DNA of 63,632 nt, the filler included, from Reticulomyxa filosa (Eukaryota; Protista; Foraminifera): the NCBI GenBank assembly GCA_000512085.1. It is 26 parts of 26 records of this genome, joined end to end, with 100 filler letters (N's around TTAATTAATTAA, not from the genome) between each part and the next. Parts side by side here need not be neighbours in the genome. Positions count along the whole stretch, not along the records: positions 50,395 to 51,770 come from ASPP01016613.1; positions 51,871 to 56,163 come from ASPP01022260.1; positions 56,264 to 58,105 come from ASPP01047616.1; positions 58,206 to 59,647 come from ASPP01008266.1; positions 59,748 to 61,038 come from ASPP01033201.1; positions 61,139 to 62,532 come from ASPP01011945.1; positions 62,633 to 63,632 come from ASPP01042291.1; 19 more parts are not named here. One strand, 5' to 3'. Made by a program: the position numbers and the translations under genes. Below are positions 50,510 through 62,899 of this stretch, in pieces; positions within the stretch are counted from its first letter, which is position 1, and each line of letters begins with the position of its first letter. The notes below the pieces were generated by a model. It was given only the letters and a program-made list of their open reading frames with translations, had not been told where the DNA came from and searched no databases.

Positions 50510-51755
50510 GAAGTATTTTCTCCATGTTAAGGGTTTTGTCCCTGAATTTTCCTGCAACTTCAGGCGAGTGGGTGGCGACAATTATTTGGGCGTTGGGGTT
50601 TAATGCCATAATTGCAGGGATAATCTTTCTCTGCCATGAGATGTGTAGAGACAACTCAGGTTCGTCAGCCATAAAGATGTATGGCCTTTGGCGTTGCAGA
50701 AGTGCTTCGACAAAAAGAATTAACAATTGCTTTTCGCCTGAAGATAGTTTTGCGAATGGGATGGCGCCGTCATTCTTGACTAGAAGTTCACCATCTTTAA
50801 ATTCAAAATCTTTGTCGGGAATGAAATCTCTTAGAGTTTCAATGAAGAAGTCAAGAGGGCGGTAAATTTTCTTTATCTTTTCCTCTGTTGCTAGAGATTT
50901 CTCTGTAATGGTTCTGGTTAGCTTAAATGCTTCAAGGGCTGAGAGAAGAGCTATGTTCTCCTCTGTTCGTCCATTGTTTAGTGCCTTGATGGAGTTTTCA
51001 ACATTCTTAATATGTTCTTGAATTTTTTTGTTTGTATCTGACCCAATTAAGCCTAGTTGTCTATATGCGGACGTTAGCTTTGATCTCTCAATATTGGCAT
51101 CGAAGTTTATGTCGTACCCGTATTGTTTTGTTTTTTCATCAGTAAAAAGTAGTGATGTGAGAACATCCTTTTGCAGATTTGTGGATAATGTTCTTGCAAT
51201 ATTGGAAAGTTCAAGCTGATATTGGGTTAGGAGTTGAATGAGACTTGTGAGTCTGATATCAACGGTTGACGAGTTTCTTCTGAAGTTTCTCTCTCGCATT
51301 TCGGGGTCAATATCCCCTCCGATGCGGTATACAGAAAGTGAGGCGATTGAGGCGATTTCATTGATTTCACTCCGAATTTTTAAAGCACTCTCAAGCTGTC
51401 TCCGCCTTATTGATGGGGGGTACATTCTCATGTCATCGCCGTAGAGTGGTAATTCAAATTTTGTTTTTGATATTTGATACTCTACATATATTTGTCCAGA
51501 TAAATTGGATTCTTTTCTAACTACGCGTATTGTTCGTTGTTTATTATTGCTTTCAAGAATAAGCTTTGCCTCTTGAAATGAGTTCTCGTACAGTGCCTCT
51601 GTATCAACAGCTAAGATGGCATGAATTATATTCATAAATGTGGTTTTCCCACTGCCATTTTTACCAATGACAACGTTTACATTATCATTGAATGTAATGT
51701 TCGCAATTCTGTTTTGCCAGAAGCCTGATATCGTAACTTGTCGAAGTCGAAACAT
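50502..51755 (-). CDS. Soluble ABC-type ATPase (AAA_15/AAA_21; AriA-like), bacterial
   Basis: Walker A GKNGSGKT, helical insert, signature LSSGEKQ, Walker B/D-loop FMADEPELSLH and H-loop ATHSP; no introns. Confidence 0.92.
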   Translation of the reverse strand: MFRLRQVTISGFWQNRIANITFNDNVNVVIGKNGSGKTTFMNIIHAILAVDTEALYENSFQEAKLILESNNKQRTIRVVRKESNLSGQIYVEYQISKTKFELPLYGDDMRMYPPSIRRRQLESALKIRSEINEIASIASLSVYRIGGDIDPEMRERNFRRNSSTVDIRLTSLIQLLTQYQLELSNIARTLSTNLQKDVLTSLLFTDEKTKQYGYDINFDANIERSKLTSAYRQLGLIGSDTNKKIQEHIKNVENSIKALNNGRTEENIALLSALEAFKLTRTITEKSLATEEKIKKIYRPLDFFIETLRDFIPDKDFEFKDGELLVKNDGAIPFAKLSSGEKQLLILFVEALLQRQRPYIFMADEPELSLHISWQRKIIPAIMALNPNAQIIVATHSPEVAGKFRDKTLNMEKILHV

Positions 51756-52029
51756 TTTTGGGTGCCAAATNNNNNNNNNNNNNNNNNNNNNNNNNNNNNN
51801 NNNNNNNNNNNNNNTTAATTAATTAANNNNNNNNNNNNNNNNNNNNNNNNNNNNNNNNNNNNNNNNNNNNTTAAACATATAAACACATCGTTATATTTAT
51901 GTGATAATAAATTTTATGTAAACCATTAAATAAACTATTGGAAATTTTTTTTTTTATGGCTTTAATTAAACTTATTTCTGGTATTTATCTTATATTTTAA
52001 TACATTATATTGCAAAGTGGTTATTATTT

Positions 52030-54100
52030 TCAAATAATCGCATTTACAACAACTTTTACTTTTCAGAGAATTAACACAGCAATCAAGTATTTTCATCTTT
52101 AGTTTCAAAAAAGGCGCAACTATCGTTACTAGCATGCAATAATAACTTTCCATCGACAAACAAAGAAGAGAAATTTGGAATCGTTTGATAATGATTGATA
52201 ATCGATGATCGATTATACGTTTTTCCTTCCAAAGCAATTACTGGATCTTGCATAATTGATTTGGATATTGGACATAAATATTGTTTTGGAATATCTTTAT
52301 GAGAAACGCTCAAATCATTTCGATGTTTATCACAAATTTGATTGAATGAATCATAAAGAGTACAAGCTTGTATGAACATATCAAACTGGAATGCATTGGA
52401 CCAATCATTTTTTGACATTTTTAATAATGTCATTACATCAATTTTTTTTGTTTAATGATTTGATTGTATTGTTGCATTTTGGATTTATTGCATTGCAACT
52501 TATATGCAATAAAAATGGAAATATCTTGTTCATTCCATGTATTCCATTTTTTTTCCAATTTATCACATTCTTTTTCAATCCAATTTTGACTTTCTTTGAA
52601 CCAATTTTGTAATGTACAAGTTAAATCAGTAAAATCGTTCAATAATTTATTATCAATTGCATACATTTGATTAATTGCAATTAATTGTTGTTGATTTTGC
52701 TTTTCCATTAATATCTTTCTTTCAATGGAGCAAAGAGTATTATATTCTTCAATACATTTGCTATACTTTAAAATTGATACATTAAGTTCTTTTTTTAATT
52801 TGATTTTTTCCAAAGATTTTTCATGAATTGGTTTTTGTATTGATTGTTCTTTTTTAGATATTTCTTCTAAAGTTTGTTGATTAATTACAGCACTCTATAT
52901 CCAAACAAATTTTTAAATAATAATTTTAATAAACATAAATATAAAATAAAAGTATAACTTGATTATATGAAAGCAATTCTGTGATAGCAGATTCACTTTC
53001 ATTTATTTGATTTAATAATTTTTTTTTAGTTTTTTGGTATTCACCATCAAAACTCCAAATATCATACCAATCCATTTCTTCCAAATTTATTATTTTTTCT
53101 TCATGAAATCTTTTCAATTTCATTTCAATTTGATTTGTTCTATCTTTCCATTTTTTTGATATTTCCATATTATTTTTTTCTATTTCCATTGAAATCATTC
53201 TCTTGCATTCAATTCAAATGGTATTTCCAATTTCAGTTTTGTTATATAATTTTCATACAAATTTGCCATTTCCAAAAATTCAATTTTTTCAAATATTTTT
53301 TCAACATGAATACTCATAAAGATAGACTTCACTTTTGTACTTTTACCAAATAGATACACATTCATATCATTACCCAAAATTGCAAAATAACCATTGCTTT
53401 CAATTGGCAAATTAACTCTGCAACCAGTCCATTTTTTTTCTATAATTGATAATTTGTAAACAAGTTTCGTTTTTTCTTTTGTATTTCCATTCAATCCACC
53501 AATTAAAAATAAATAATTAAAAATATAAACAAACGAATAAGATGTAAAATCTTTCAAATCAGGACAAATTGGCAAATTTTCATACTCAAATGATTTGTTT
53601 TGTCATCATATTTAATTAATAATCCTATGTTTCGATAAAACAATATAAACTGATTGATCACTTTTTTATTATTAATTGTTAATGGCATAAAACAATGGTA
53701 AGTAATTCCATATGTCTCTATCCCTTTTGGTATTATATTACCTTTGATTCCATTCAATGGTTTCATTGTCTTCAAATCAATCACTTCAATATTTCCTGGA
53801 AAATATGTAATGCATAATAAATCATTATTTATTCCACCAATTGATCCACGTACTCCTTTTAACCCATCTTCCAATTTTCCAATCTTGGTATCTTGATTAT
53901 GCTTGATCCAAGTATTAAAAGGTTGATTGTCAATTTTCGAGTCACTCTGAATATCTTCTTCTTTCATTTTCCATATACTTTTATACTTCATTGAAAATGT
54001 TTGTTTCGCTTCATACATACCTTGTCCTCAAAAGATAATAAATGGATGCTTCTGGTAATTTAGACAAACTTTCAATGATATTGTTGACTTGAGTCGACAT
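52030..54100 (-). pseudogene. Kelch-like propeller, coiled coil, SAM-like and U-box E3 ligase gene, frameshifted
   Basis: ATG at 54100; GVRGSIGGINNDLLCITY, YHCF, LFLIGG (kelch family); KWNTWNEQDISIFI (SAM-like); IPKQYLCPISKSIMQDPVIA...GKTYNRSSI (U-box). At least four frameshifts. Confidence 0.8.
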
Positions 54101-56263
54101 CTTAATTTAACTTTTTTTGAAATGTTCGTGATAACCCTTTTTTTAAGAAAGAATACTTGGAAATTATTAAAAACTAAAAAAAAACATTTCACTTTTAGCA
54201 AATAATTATATATTACATATTTATACAGTTCGTTCTTCTTTCATTCGATCAATAATTACCAGATTTGTTAAATTATTCAATCACTTTGAACAATGATACA
54301 TTCACAGTCAATAATGAGGGTGTCCTTTACAGATAAATAACATCATTCTTTTTTTTTCTATTTCTTAGTTACTTGCCAAATTTCTAGCGTGAATTTCTAG
54401 CGTAAATTCCAGCCAAAGTTTCCAACAAATCCAATTTTTTATCAGCTAAGGGCACATTGTTTCCATTTTTCAGGATAGAAACATGCATTGTATTGTAAAT
54501 CATTTTTTTCAAAAACCAGTGTTACTAAATCAATCTTGTAGAGAGTTCATTCAAGATTTTGGATTACCGAACAAGAAGTTCAAGCTTTTGCAAAGTTCAT
54601 CCATATTTTGTATCATTATCTTTTTATTTCTTGGTTTAGCCTGAGATACTTGTTTCTTTTTCAAAAGAAAAAAAAAGAGTATGTCCCATGGAAAGGAAAC
54701 AGCTTTGTAGCAGGAGTAAAGCTTGCTGAAATTAGAAACTCCTTTTTTTAAAACTTATATTTTATTCATGGCCAGGCAAAACAAAAATAAAAAAATCATT
54801 TTTTATCCTATTAACACTTGCCCTTGATATTGCCACCCACAAGAGTGAAAGCATACATTTCCAAATTCTCTGGTCTAATCAAAAGATGTCGAGATAAATT
54901 GCGTTTTCCTTCTTGTCTATCATAGGACCTTGGATCACACAAAAAAAGAAATAGCCATACATGTATACATATATACATATATACATATATACATATATAA
55001 TATGAATATAACGAAACTATGCAAACTTTTTGGCTCCAAAACATGTCAAAGGTATTCCGTCATTCCCCAACAACCCTTGCATGCTACGTATAAGTTCAGC
55101 AACGGGCAAAAAAAAAAACAAACAAATAAACAATCCAAATACACATCTTTTCGTGTAAAGTATTTCTGTGTTGCTATATAATCGGGAGAAAAAAAAAAAG
55201 CAAACCATTTTGTAGAATCATTTTTGGGCCACGTGAATTCGCAATTTGGAAATGGCAATACAACATCAAATATACTGAATAAATGCATATTTCTTCAATG
55301 CCATAAGTGACTTTCTTAATATCGCCATCACATCATCATCATTAGTATCTTGACTATTCTCAGCACCTTCCATCTTTGATATGTGTAGGTTCCTCTTTTT
55401 TTCCTCCCGTCATTATCATTATCAGCATTGACTGCCACCAAATCCCCCACACGGATACGATATCGATAATGAGTCAATCGAAAGGAAGAACCATGATTCC
55501 AGGCAAAGCTTTGATGGGCATGAATGAACATGAGACGATGATGACAATGCAGCATGACAAAGGCGTCATCAAAGGCAAACTTTTTGTCTTTGTGTTTGAA
55601 AGTAGTGTTTTTAATGACAATTGCCACTTTTTCTTTTTGTTATTGATGCAAAAGAGCCAATCGCATATAGCGAGCGCTAATAGATTGTGCAGGATCATCA
55701 AATAATGTAGCCAATTTATCTTGTAATTGATAATAGTGCTTTAATGTTTCTTTGTTTACGTCCAGTTCCTCAGTTTTTCACTTCATTCCAGAGATTTCAT
55801 TAACACGAATTGAAATAATTGAATTTTTTTTTAAAAAAAAAAGTTCAACGTTCCACAATCATATTTTATTAAAAAATATATATTTAAATTATTTGCTAGT
55901 TCATTTTTTCCTTTTTATAAACAATGATTCAAGTAAGTGACAAAATTGTCGGAAATAGTTGTTGAGTTTGTATGCATGCTTGCAACCTTGACTTATTATC
56001 TGTAAGATTAGTTTGTTATTGCAAATTTTTCAACAGGGTTTTTTTAACTCCAATGAACTTTTTTCCAATTTCTTTTTTACTTTTTTTTAGGAAAACGTTC
56101 AAACATAGCATTGTGTTGTAATTGTATCATTATGTGTTTGCTTTTTGTAAACACGAAAAAAAANNNNNNNNNNNNNNNNNNNNNNNNNNNNNNNNNNNNN
56201 NNNNNNNTTAATTAATTAANNNNNNNNNNNNNNNNNNNNNNNNNNNNNNNNNNNNNNNNNNNN

Positions 56264-56647
56264 TCATCTTCTTCACTTTTTCCTTTTTCTTGATTGTTGA
56301 TCATTTTATGTTTTTGTTGTTGGAATTGTTGCTGTGTCAAAAGAGCCAATCGAATGTAGCACGTGTCAATGGATTGTTCAGGATCATCGAATAATGGAGC
56401 CAATTTATCTTGTGATTGATTGTATCTCCTTAACTTTTCTTTCGTTGAGTCCAGTTTTTCGTTTTCTTTTTTTTTGTTACGTTCTTCTTCGTTTACTTCT
56501 GATGTTTCATTTGCAAGTGTTTTCTCAGGATACTTCTCTTCCATTTGGTTTGATCTTTTCCGAGATTGATATTTTTCTTTTTTGTTTGTTTTTCTTTTGT
56601 TGTTCACTCTTGAAGCGTCAGCGAGAAGATCTTCTTCTTCCACTCAT
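56264..56647 (-). CDS. Probable N-terminus of a NACHT/STAND NTPase-family protein (partial)
   Basis: KLRRYNQSQDKLAPLFDDPEQSIDTCYIRLALL resembles the pre-P-loop '(I/L)d..YI.L.l' segment of NACHT proteins. The P-loop itself is not in the contig. Confidence 0.5.
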
Positions 56648-58932
56648 TGTTAATTTCCGCTCAATGTTGAAAAGATTAGAATGGGGGTTTGTTTAAAGTT
56701 TTTTAGAGTATTTTTTTAGGACCTTTTTCTTTTAAAGTAAAAACACTGTCAACAAAGTTCAATGTCTTCAACTCGCTCATATGCCCGTCTGTCAGTGATG
56801 ACGCGTACTTTGATAACAAGTACGTGCCTCTTTACTCACCGAACCTCGGCGTTGCGTTTTTGGAAATATTCCATAACTTCAAAGGACACTAACTGTCTTG
56901 TCTGTTTTGGACAACTAAGTCATGCATTATTTCAGAACTTTTTGATGTATCCGTGAAAACAAGTTCCAAAAAACACTTTGTCAAATCACTAAAGAGATAC
57001 ACTGTGTTAATTCAGGTATTAAAATGCTTGATCTTCTTAAATAAAATGTTTTGGACACAAGGACAGCTTTTTCTTTCTCTCAAAAACACGGTAAATTGGA
57101 GTGTCTTATTTATGATCAAAAAACTTATGAAATATCCAAGCAAATCTGATCTATATAAAGCATAACATATTTTCCACATATTTCTTTTCTTCTAAATGCC
57201 TATTGTAAATTAAAATTGATATGATCAAACCATACAAATTTTCAAGCCTTTGAAACCGGTTGCAGAATATTGAAATTAATTCAATTTATGTTCGGTTTAA
57301 AATAAACTTTAAAAAAGAAAAAAATGACCCCCAAAAATTACTCTATAAACTTTGAACGTTCCTTTTTTTTAATTTTTCACAATATTCGAGCGGAAGAAAG
57401 CAAATCATGGGCGATCAAACAGGAAGAGAAGAGAAAATTTCTGAAATTTCAGAAATAAAAAAAAATAACAAAGGGAAAACAGTAAAGAAAAATGAAAAAA
57501 AACAGCCATGTGCACGTTCTACATCATTTCCACTGTCTGGTTCTATCTTTTTGCATCGTCACCATCTGTGTCCATGTTTGTACATTGTTCTCATGTCAGC
57601 AACAATTTTGTGCTGGAAAAGAGATAAGATGTATGCACTTCTTCGGCTGTTTTGTTTTGTATTGATCAATGTGATGCTGGCATAGCATATAAAAAAAAAA
57701 GAAAATAAAGAGTATATATAACACACATTACTTAACATCAAATCTCAACACTTTGAAAAAATAAATATTGCTATTAACCAGCGATTGACATAAAGCATTG
57801 TCCACTATTTACAGTTAATATAAATAGTTGGATATTGTTTGTTTCACTTGTGCATATCGAGTCGCATTTGATCCTACTAAAGATACGAACATGCAATACT
57901 TTCTTTGTAATAATTTGTAGATTCCTTGAGCATATCAAATCTTCTCATTAGACAAGAATTCCACCACTTACATCACCTGTGTCCTAGTTGTTGTAAAAAC
58001 AAAAATAACAAACAATAAATTAATTCAAATTGTTTAGAAAGAAAGACAAAAATAATCAATTTCTTTTAACTGCAATCTCCTTTCAAAGGCATTCGAGTTA
58101 ATGAGNNNNNNNNNNNNNNNNNNNNNNNNNNNNNNNNNNNNNNNNNNNNTTAATTAATTAANNNNNNNNNNNNNNNNNNNNNNNNNNNNNNNNNNNNNNN
58201 NNNNNCAAATGTATTATTTTTGTTAGTTTATTTCTTTTTTTTTTTTATGCGTTGGAAAGAAAGTCCTAAAGACAATCTTTTCAACTATGTAATGACGAGT
58301 CAATCCTTGTGTGTTTTTCATTAACACTGTTCTTACGTATATATATTTTCTTTTTTTTTGTTAGGTGGCCAAACAATGAGTTTGGAAATATTTCCAAAAA
58401 AAAAAAAGCAAAACAATAAACCTCTCAAAATTTTATTCGAGTGTGTTTTTGTGATTGCTTTTTGTTGTGCACATTGTGAAGATGTTTTCCTATTGTATTC
58501 TATCCCTATGCCTCGCTGCTCGGCCTCCTTTTTTGATGACCTTTGTCAAATTTCCAACAGCTCAAATTTATATTTCAAAATTTCTCAAAAGTGATTTTGT
58601 ATTATTATTCACAAAAAAAAAAATACTCTGTACAAGGTACTGCCGCGCTTGATCAAGATAGAGGAGTTTGAATTTACAACCAGTTGAATGAAGAAGAACT
58701 ATACCCAAAAACGGTCTTTATTGTTCAACTCCTTTTTATTGCAGAACAAAAAGTCCCAATTGTTTGTTTCTATACAATCATCAAGGAGGAAAAGAAAAAT
58801 TTTTTTTTTGCAATAATCTGAACATAAAGGAGAGAAGAAAAAGCTTTTTTTTTGAAAAAAAAAATTGAAGCAAAAAAAAAAAAGCTCAATGGGTTTGTGT
58901 TTTTTATTAACTACGAATAAAAATCACCAGCC

Positions 58933-59602
58933 ATGCAAATTGAAGCGACGCAGTTTGCAGCACAATTGATTTCAAAAAGTGTGGTTTCAGAAAAGGCATT
59001 ACTTCGTTTGAGCAAAGACAAGAAATTGCGCCAGCTGTCAAAGCAACTGCACTGGGTGACATTTCCACTGATACAACCACACACAAAAGAGAATCCAACG
59101 ATAGTGAATAAAAGCGAGCTTTTCAATCATTACTATGTTGGAAGTGGCGATTTGTATCCACATGTCACTCGTGAAAACTTGATAAAATTTTACAATTCCT
59201 CGTTTGAAAAGCTATTGCCAATGGGAATATTTGTATTTCCCGAACAAACGATGAAGGCGTATAATTTGAAGAGTTCATCGATTCTTGATTATTACCCCTT
59301 TCCAAAGACATTCACAAAAAACCAAACCCAAAAAAAAATGGAATGGAAATTGCAAGATGCAAACTATGCCAAAGACAAGTATGGTTTGGACTACGGTTTG
59401 ACAGTGTTGCACAGGGACACGCAAGAAGTGATGATTTGGCCGGACAACCACTTTGACCTGAAGAATATAAGCATTTTGAAACAAGTATGTAACACGTACC
59501 AGCCCGACATGGTCATGATTGAGATGCCGCCGGATGCTGACGTTATCGAGCCAATGCTCAAGTCTCCAAAGTTGTCTTCCACATCGATCCGAATGTTGCA
59601 AG
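58933..59602 (+). CDS. Hypothetical protein exon, possible TraB/TRABD-like domain start
   Basis: VMIWPDNHF...LKQVCNTYQPDMVMIEMP resembles the TraB-family H...PD.V.vE pattern. It ends at a GTAATA donor. Confidence 0.4.
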
Positions 59603-59609
59603 GTAATAT

Positions 59610-59642
<33 letters not shown>

Positions 59643-59747
59643 GTATANNNNNNNNNNNNNNNNNNNNNNNNNNNNNNNNNNNNNNNNNNNNTTAATTAAT
59701 TAANNNNNNNNNNNNNNNNNNNNNNNNNNNNNNNNNNNNNNNNNNNN

Positions 59748-61038
59748 CAACGATGTGCTGAAAATGACATGGACTTCACCCCCTTAATTGTTGAAACTAT
59801 GGGCGGATTGCATCCCAAAGCAAAAGATTTCTTTAAGACATTGGCGAAAACATTGCTAATTTTTCCCAGATGCATGCTATACAACCAAATGTACGCAATT
59901 GAAGAAAAGAAAAAAAGAGAAGAATCAGTACATAATCCTGAAGTAAATAAATATGTGCTTCTCAAAAACGTAGACATAGCAGAAACAGAAGAGTCAATTA
60001 AGGATAGCCTCGAACAGTATGACTACAAGGTTAAAAAAATCGAAAGATTCAAACAAATGCATATCATTAAAATACTAATGGAAAATGCCGAAGATGTTAC
60101 TAAAATATTAAAAGATACAGAAATGTGTATTGGATACAGACACATACAGACAGAAATATACGATAATAATAGACGACGACCTAGACGATATTTCCGACAA
60201 TGCAAAAAATGTTTTTGCTTGAATCACATAGAAGAAGACTGTAACAAAAAACAAGTTTGCAAATACTGTGGAAAACAAAATCATAAATCGGAAAATTGCA
60301 GATTTAAGAAAAACACTAAAAAATACCGATGCGTACTTTGCAAAGGACAACATCGGAGTGACTCATTAATGTGCCCAAAAACGCAGCAAGTACGTGAACA
60401 AATAGGAATCAAATACACAAGACATGAACAAAAAATAATTGAAAAACAACAACACAAAATTGAAAATAATGAAAAAATGAATGGACAAGGAAAAATTTAT
60501 ATAAAAAATAAAATACAAAATGAAACTCAAAAAGTAAATACTTTAATGCAAGAAACAACTAAACAAAATAGAAAAACACAAAATGATATATCAACTTCAG
60601 CAAATACAGCACAAAAAATAAACATTTTGCAAAAAACAAAAGATAACAAACAAAATGAAGAAATTAAAGAACTTCGCGAACAATTGTTCATTCTACGAGA
60701 TACAGTCAATAATCTGACTAAACTAGTTGAAGCATTAATTCATAGCAATGGAATGCCAAAAGGTTCACAAATAAGTAACTTAGAGAATATGTATTTTCAG
60801 AAAGCCAAAACCACTTTAAATAATTTAGCACAATGACCCAACTACAAATATTCCAAAATAACATAAATGGATTTTACTCCAAAGTACAACTACTAGAATA
60901 GAACTTACACTCCAAACAACCACATATTTGTCTGTTGCAAGAATGTTTTCGTTCAGCAAAGAATAACACAAATCACCACTTTCAGCAATTATATTGTCAG
61001 TATTGGAGTGAGTCAGGAAGAACTGGAATACTATGTAG
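59748..61038 (+). mobile_element. LINE retrotransposon: Gag-like ORF1 (three CCHC knuckles) and start of AP-endonuclease ORF2
   Basis: CKKCFCLNHIEEDC, CKYCGKQNHKSENC and CVLCKGQHRSDSLMC. ORF2 from 60833 reads MTQLQIFQNNINGF...ICLLQE, with a premature TAG at 60899. Confidence 0.9.
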
Positions 61039-61138
61039 NNNNNNNNNNNNNNNNNNNNNNNNNNNNNNNNNNNNNNNNNNNNTTAATTAATTAANNNNNN
61101 NNNNNNNNNNNNNNNNNNNNNNNNNNNNNNNNNNNNNN

Positions 61139-61172
<34 letters not shown>

Positions 61173-61561
61173 CAACAACAAACGTACACACTTGATTTCT
61201 CCACCAATATGGCACAAGATTTGGAGAGAAAAAAAAAAAAAAAAAAGAGGGAATGGGGGGTAACATGTTAAATACAGAAAATTGGATCGAAAATCGATGT
61301 AGGTGATTATTGGTTGTCCGCAATGCAGTCGAATGAATCTTTCTCTTGTCTTAAATTTATTCAAGCAGTTGCTCAATATGACCTCACATTATTAGTTGAG
61401 TTTTTTTTTTTTTTTTTCCCCCCCCTCCCCCCCCCCCTCCGCCCTTCCTCCTCCCTTTATTTCGAACAAAGAGGTATAAACCACATAAAAAAATATTCAA
61501 TTGTGCAAATGGGAAAACAAAAATATAACAGAAAAAACGAAGAAAAGAGTTGGAGCAAACG

Positions 61562-62389
61562 ATGCATTCGAACGGCAAGCACGTGAAATGGGACACATTT
61601 GATGACGAAGCAAATGCAAAAGAACAACAAGTCAACGGCCATCACTATGGAGTCAATGGTCACGACAACAGTAGCAATGACAATAACAATGACAATGACA
61701 ATGAAAGTGGACCAGACACAACAAAAACAAAAGAAGAATTGATGAAATATCGTTGTGTATTAGACGAAGATGATTTAGTTCCAACCGACTCCGATATGGA
61801 TGACGAAGTGTTTGTACCACTTAAAACATTGCCAACGTGGCAAGAGCTCAAAGTTTTTTCTAAGTATATTTGTTTTGCACCATATGTCGACCATTACAAA
61901 AAAAAAAAAAAAAAAAAAAAAAAGAAGTCCATTGTAAAATATTGTGGTGCATTATTGACAGATATCAATACACGATCGGAGACAACGATGGAGGCAACGT
62001 GAAAAGGCAAAAGAGACGGAAAGGAAACGCAAAGAGGAAGAAGAGCGGGAAGAAAAGCAACGGATCGAAGAGGAAATGCGAAAGCATGCGTTGGAGATGG
62101 AGCGAATAAGACGAGAAAAAGAAGAGAAGGAAAGAAAGGAACGCGAAAAGAAGGAGGAGGAAGGGGAGGAAGCCAGGCTTGCTTCGATGGTTAGCGCAGA
62201 TATGGAGGAAAAGTACAAAGAGGAGAAAAAAGAGGAAGTGCTTGTTCCAACGCAAACACAAGCGAGTAGCGCGAATGACAAGTCCAAAAAAAAAAAGTGG
62301 ATACGATTCATTGGATGATCTCACCTGGAGTGAAAGTGAGTCTGATCACGTGGAAATTCAACATTTTTTAGTCGAGCCAAAAAAAAAAG
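61562..62389 (+). CDS. Hypothetical charged coiled-coil protein, 5' exons
   Basis: Intron 61853-61961 joins ORF 61550 in frame with ORF 62076. There is a shift in the A-run near 62286. Confidence 0.55.
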
Positions 62390-62491
62390 TTTTGATTTTT
62401 TTTTTTTTAAAACTCTATGGACTTTTGAACTCCAAATGTTATACTTCACTCTTGGTAATAAAGCCATATTATGTATCAATATCTATTGCTC

Positions 62492-62532
<41 letters not shown>

Positions 62533-62632
62533 NNNNNNNNNNNNNNNNNNNNNNNNNNNNNNNNNNNNNNNNNNNNTTAATTAATTAANNNNNNNNNNNN
62601 NNNNNNNNNNNNNNNNNNNNNNNNNNNNNNNN

Positions 62633-62899
62633 GCTTTTTTATCTTGGTTGCATGAATTAAAACATCGATTTGAATTTGAGACCATTCAGATCACCGAAGA
62701 ACTCATTGCAAAACTAAAAGAAAGTGGCAGAAAATTTATCCCTGTGGGAGCACAAAAAAACATGCCTGTGCATCAAAAATCTCTCAATTCGCATGACTCG
62801 CAAACAAATGAAAAAAAATTTAAAAGTTTCAAAAAAAATATGCGACATTATAAAAAAAAACGAAACAAACACAATGACAGAAATGAAGAAAAACATTAA
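62633..62899 (+). CDS. C-terminal fragment of a hypothetical protein with a basic tail
   Basis: ORF open from the contig edge. No family recognised. Confidence 0.35.
   Translation, partial: AFLSWLHELKHRFEFETIQITEELIAKLKESGRKFIPVGAQKNMPVHQKSLNSHDSQTNEKKFKSFKKNMRHYKKKRNKHNDRNEEKH

Noticed and set aside
50395-51770. Horizontal transfer of a bacterial defence system into the eukaryote
   Set aside because: The contig has no eukaryotic flank or intron and keeps bacterial translational coupling. A co-sequenced bacterium is simpler.
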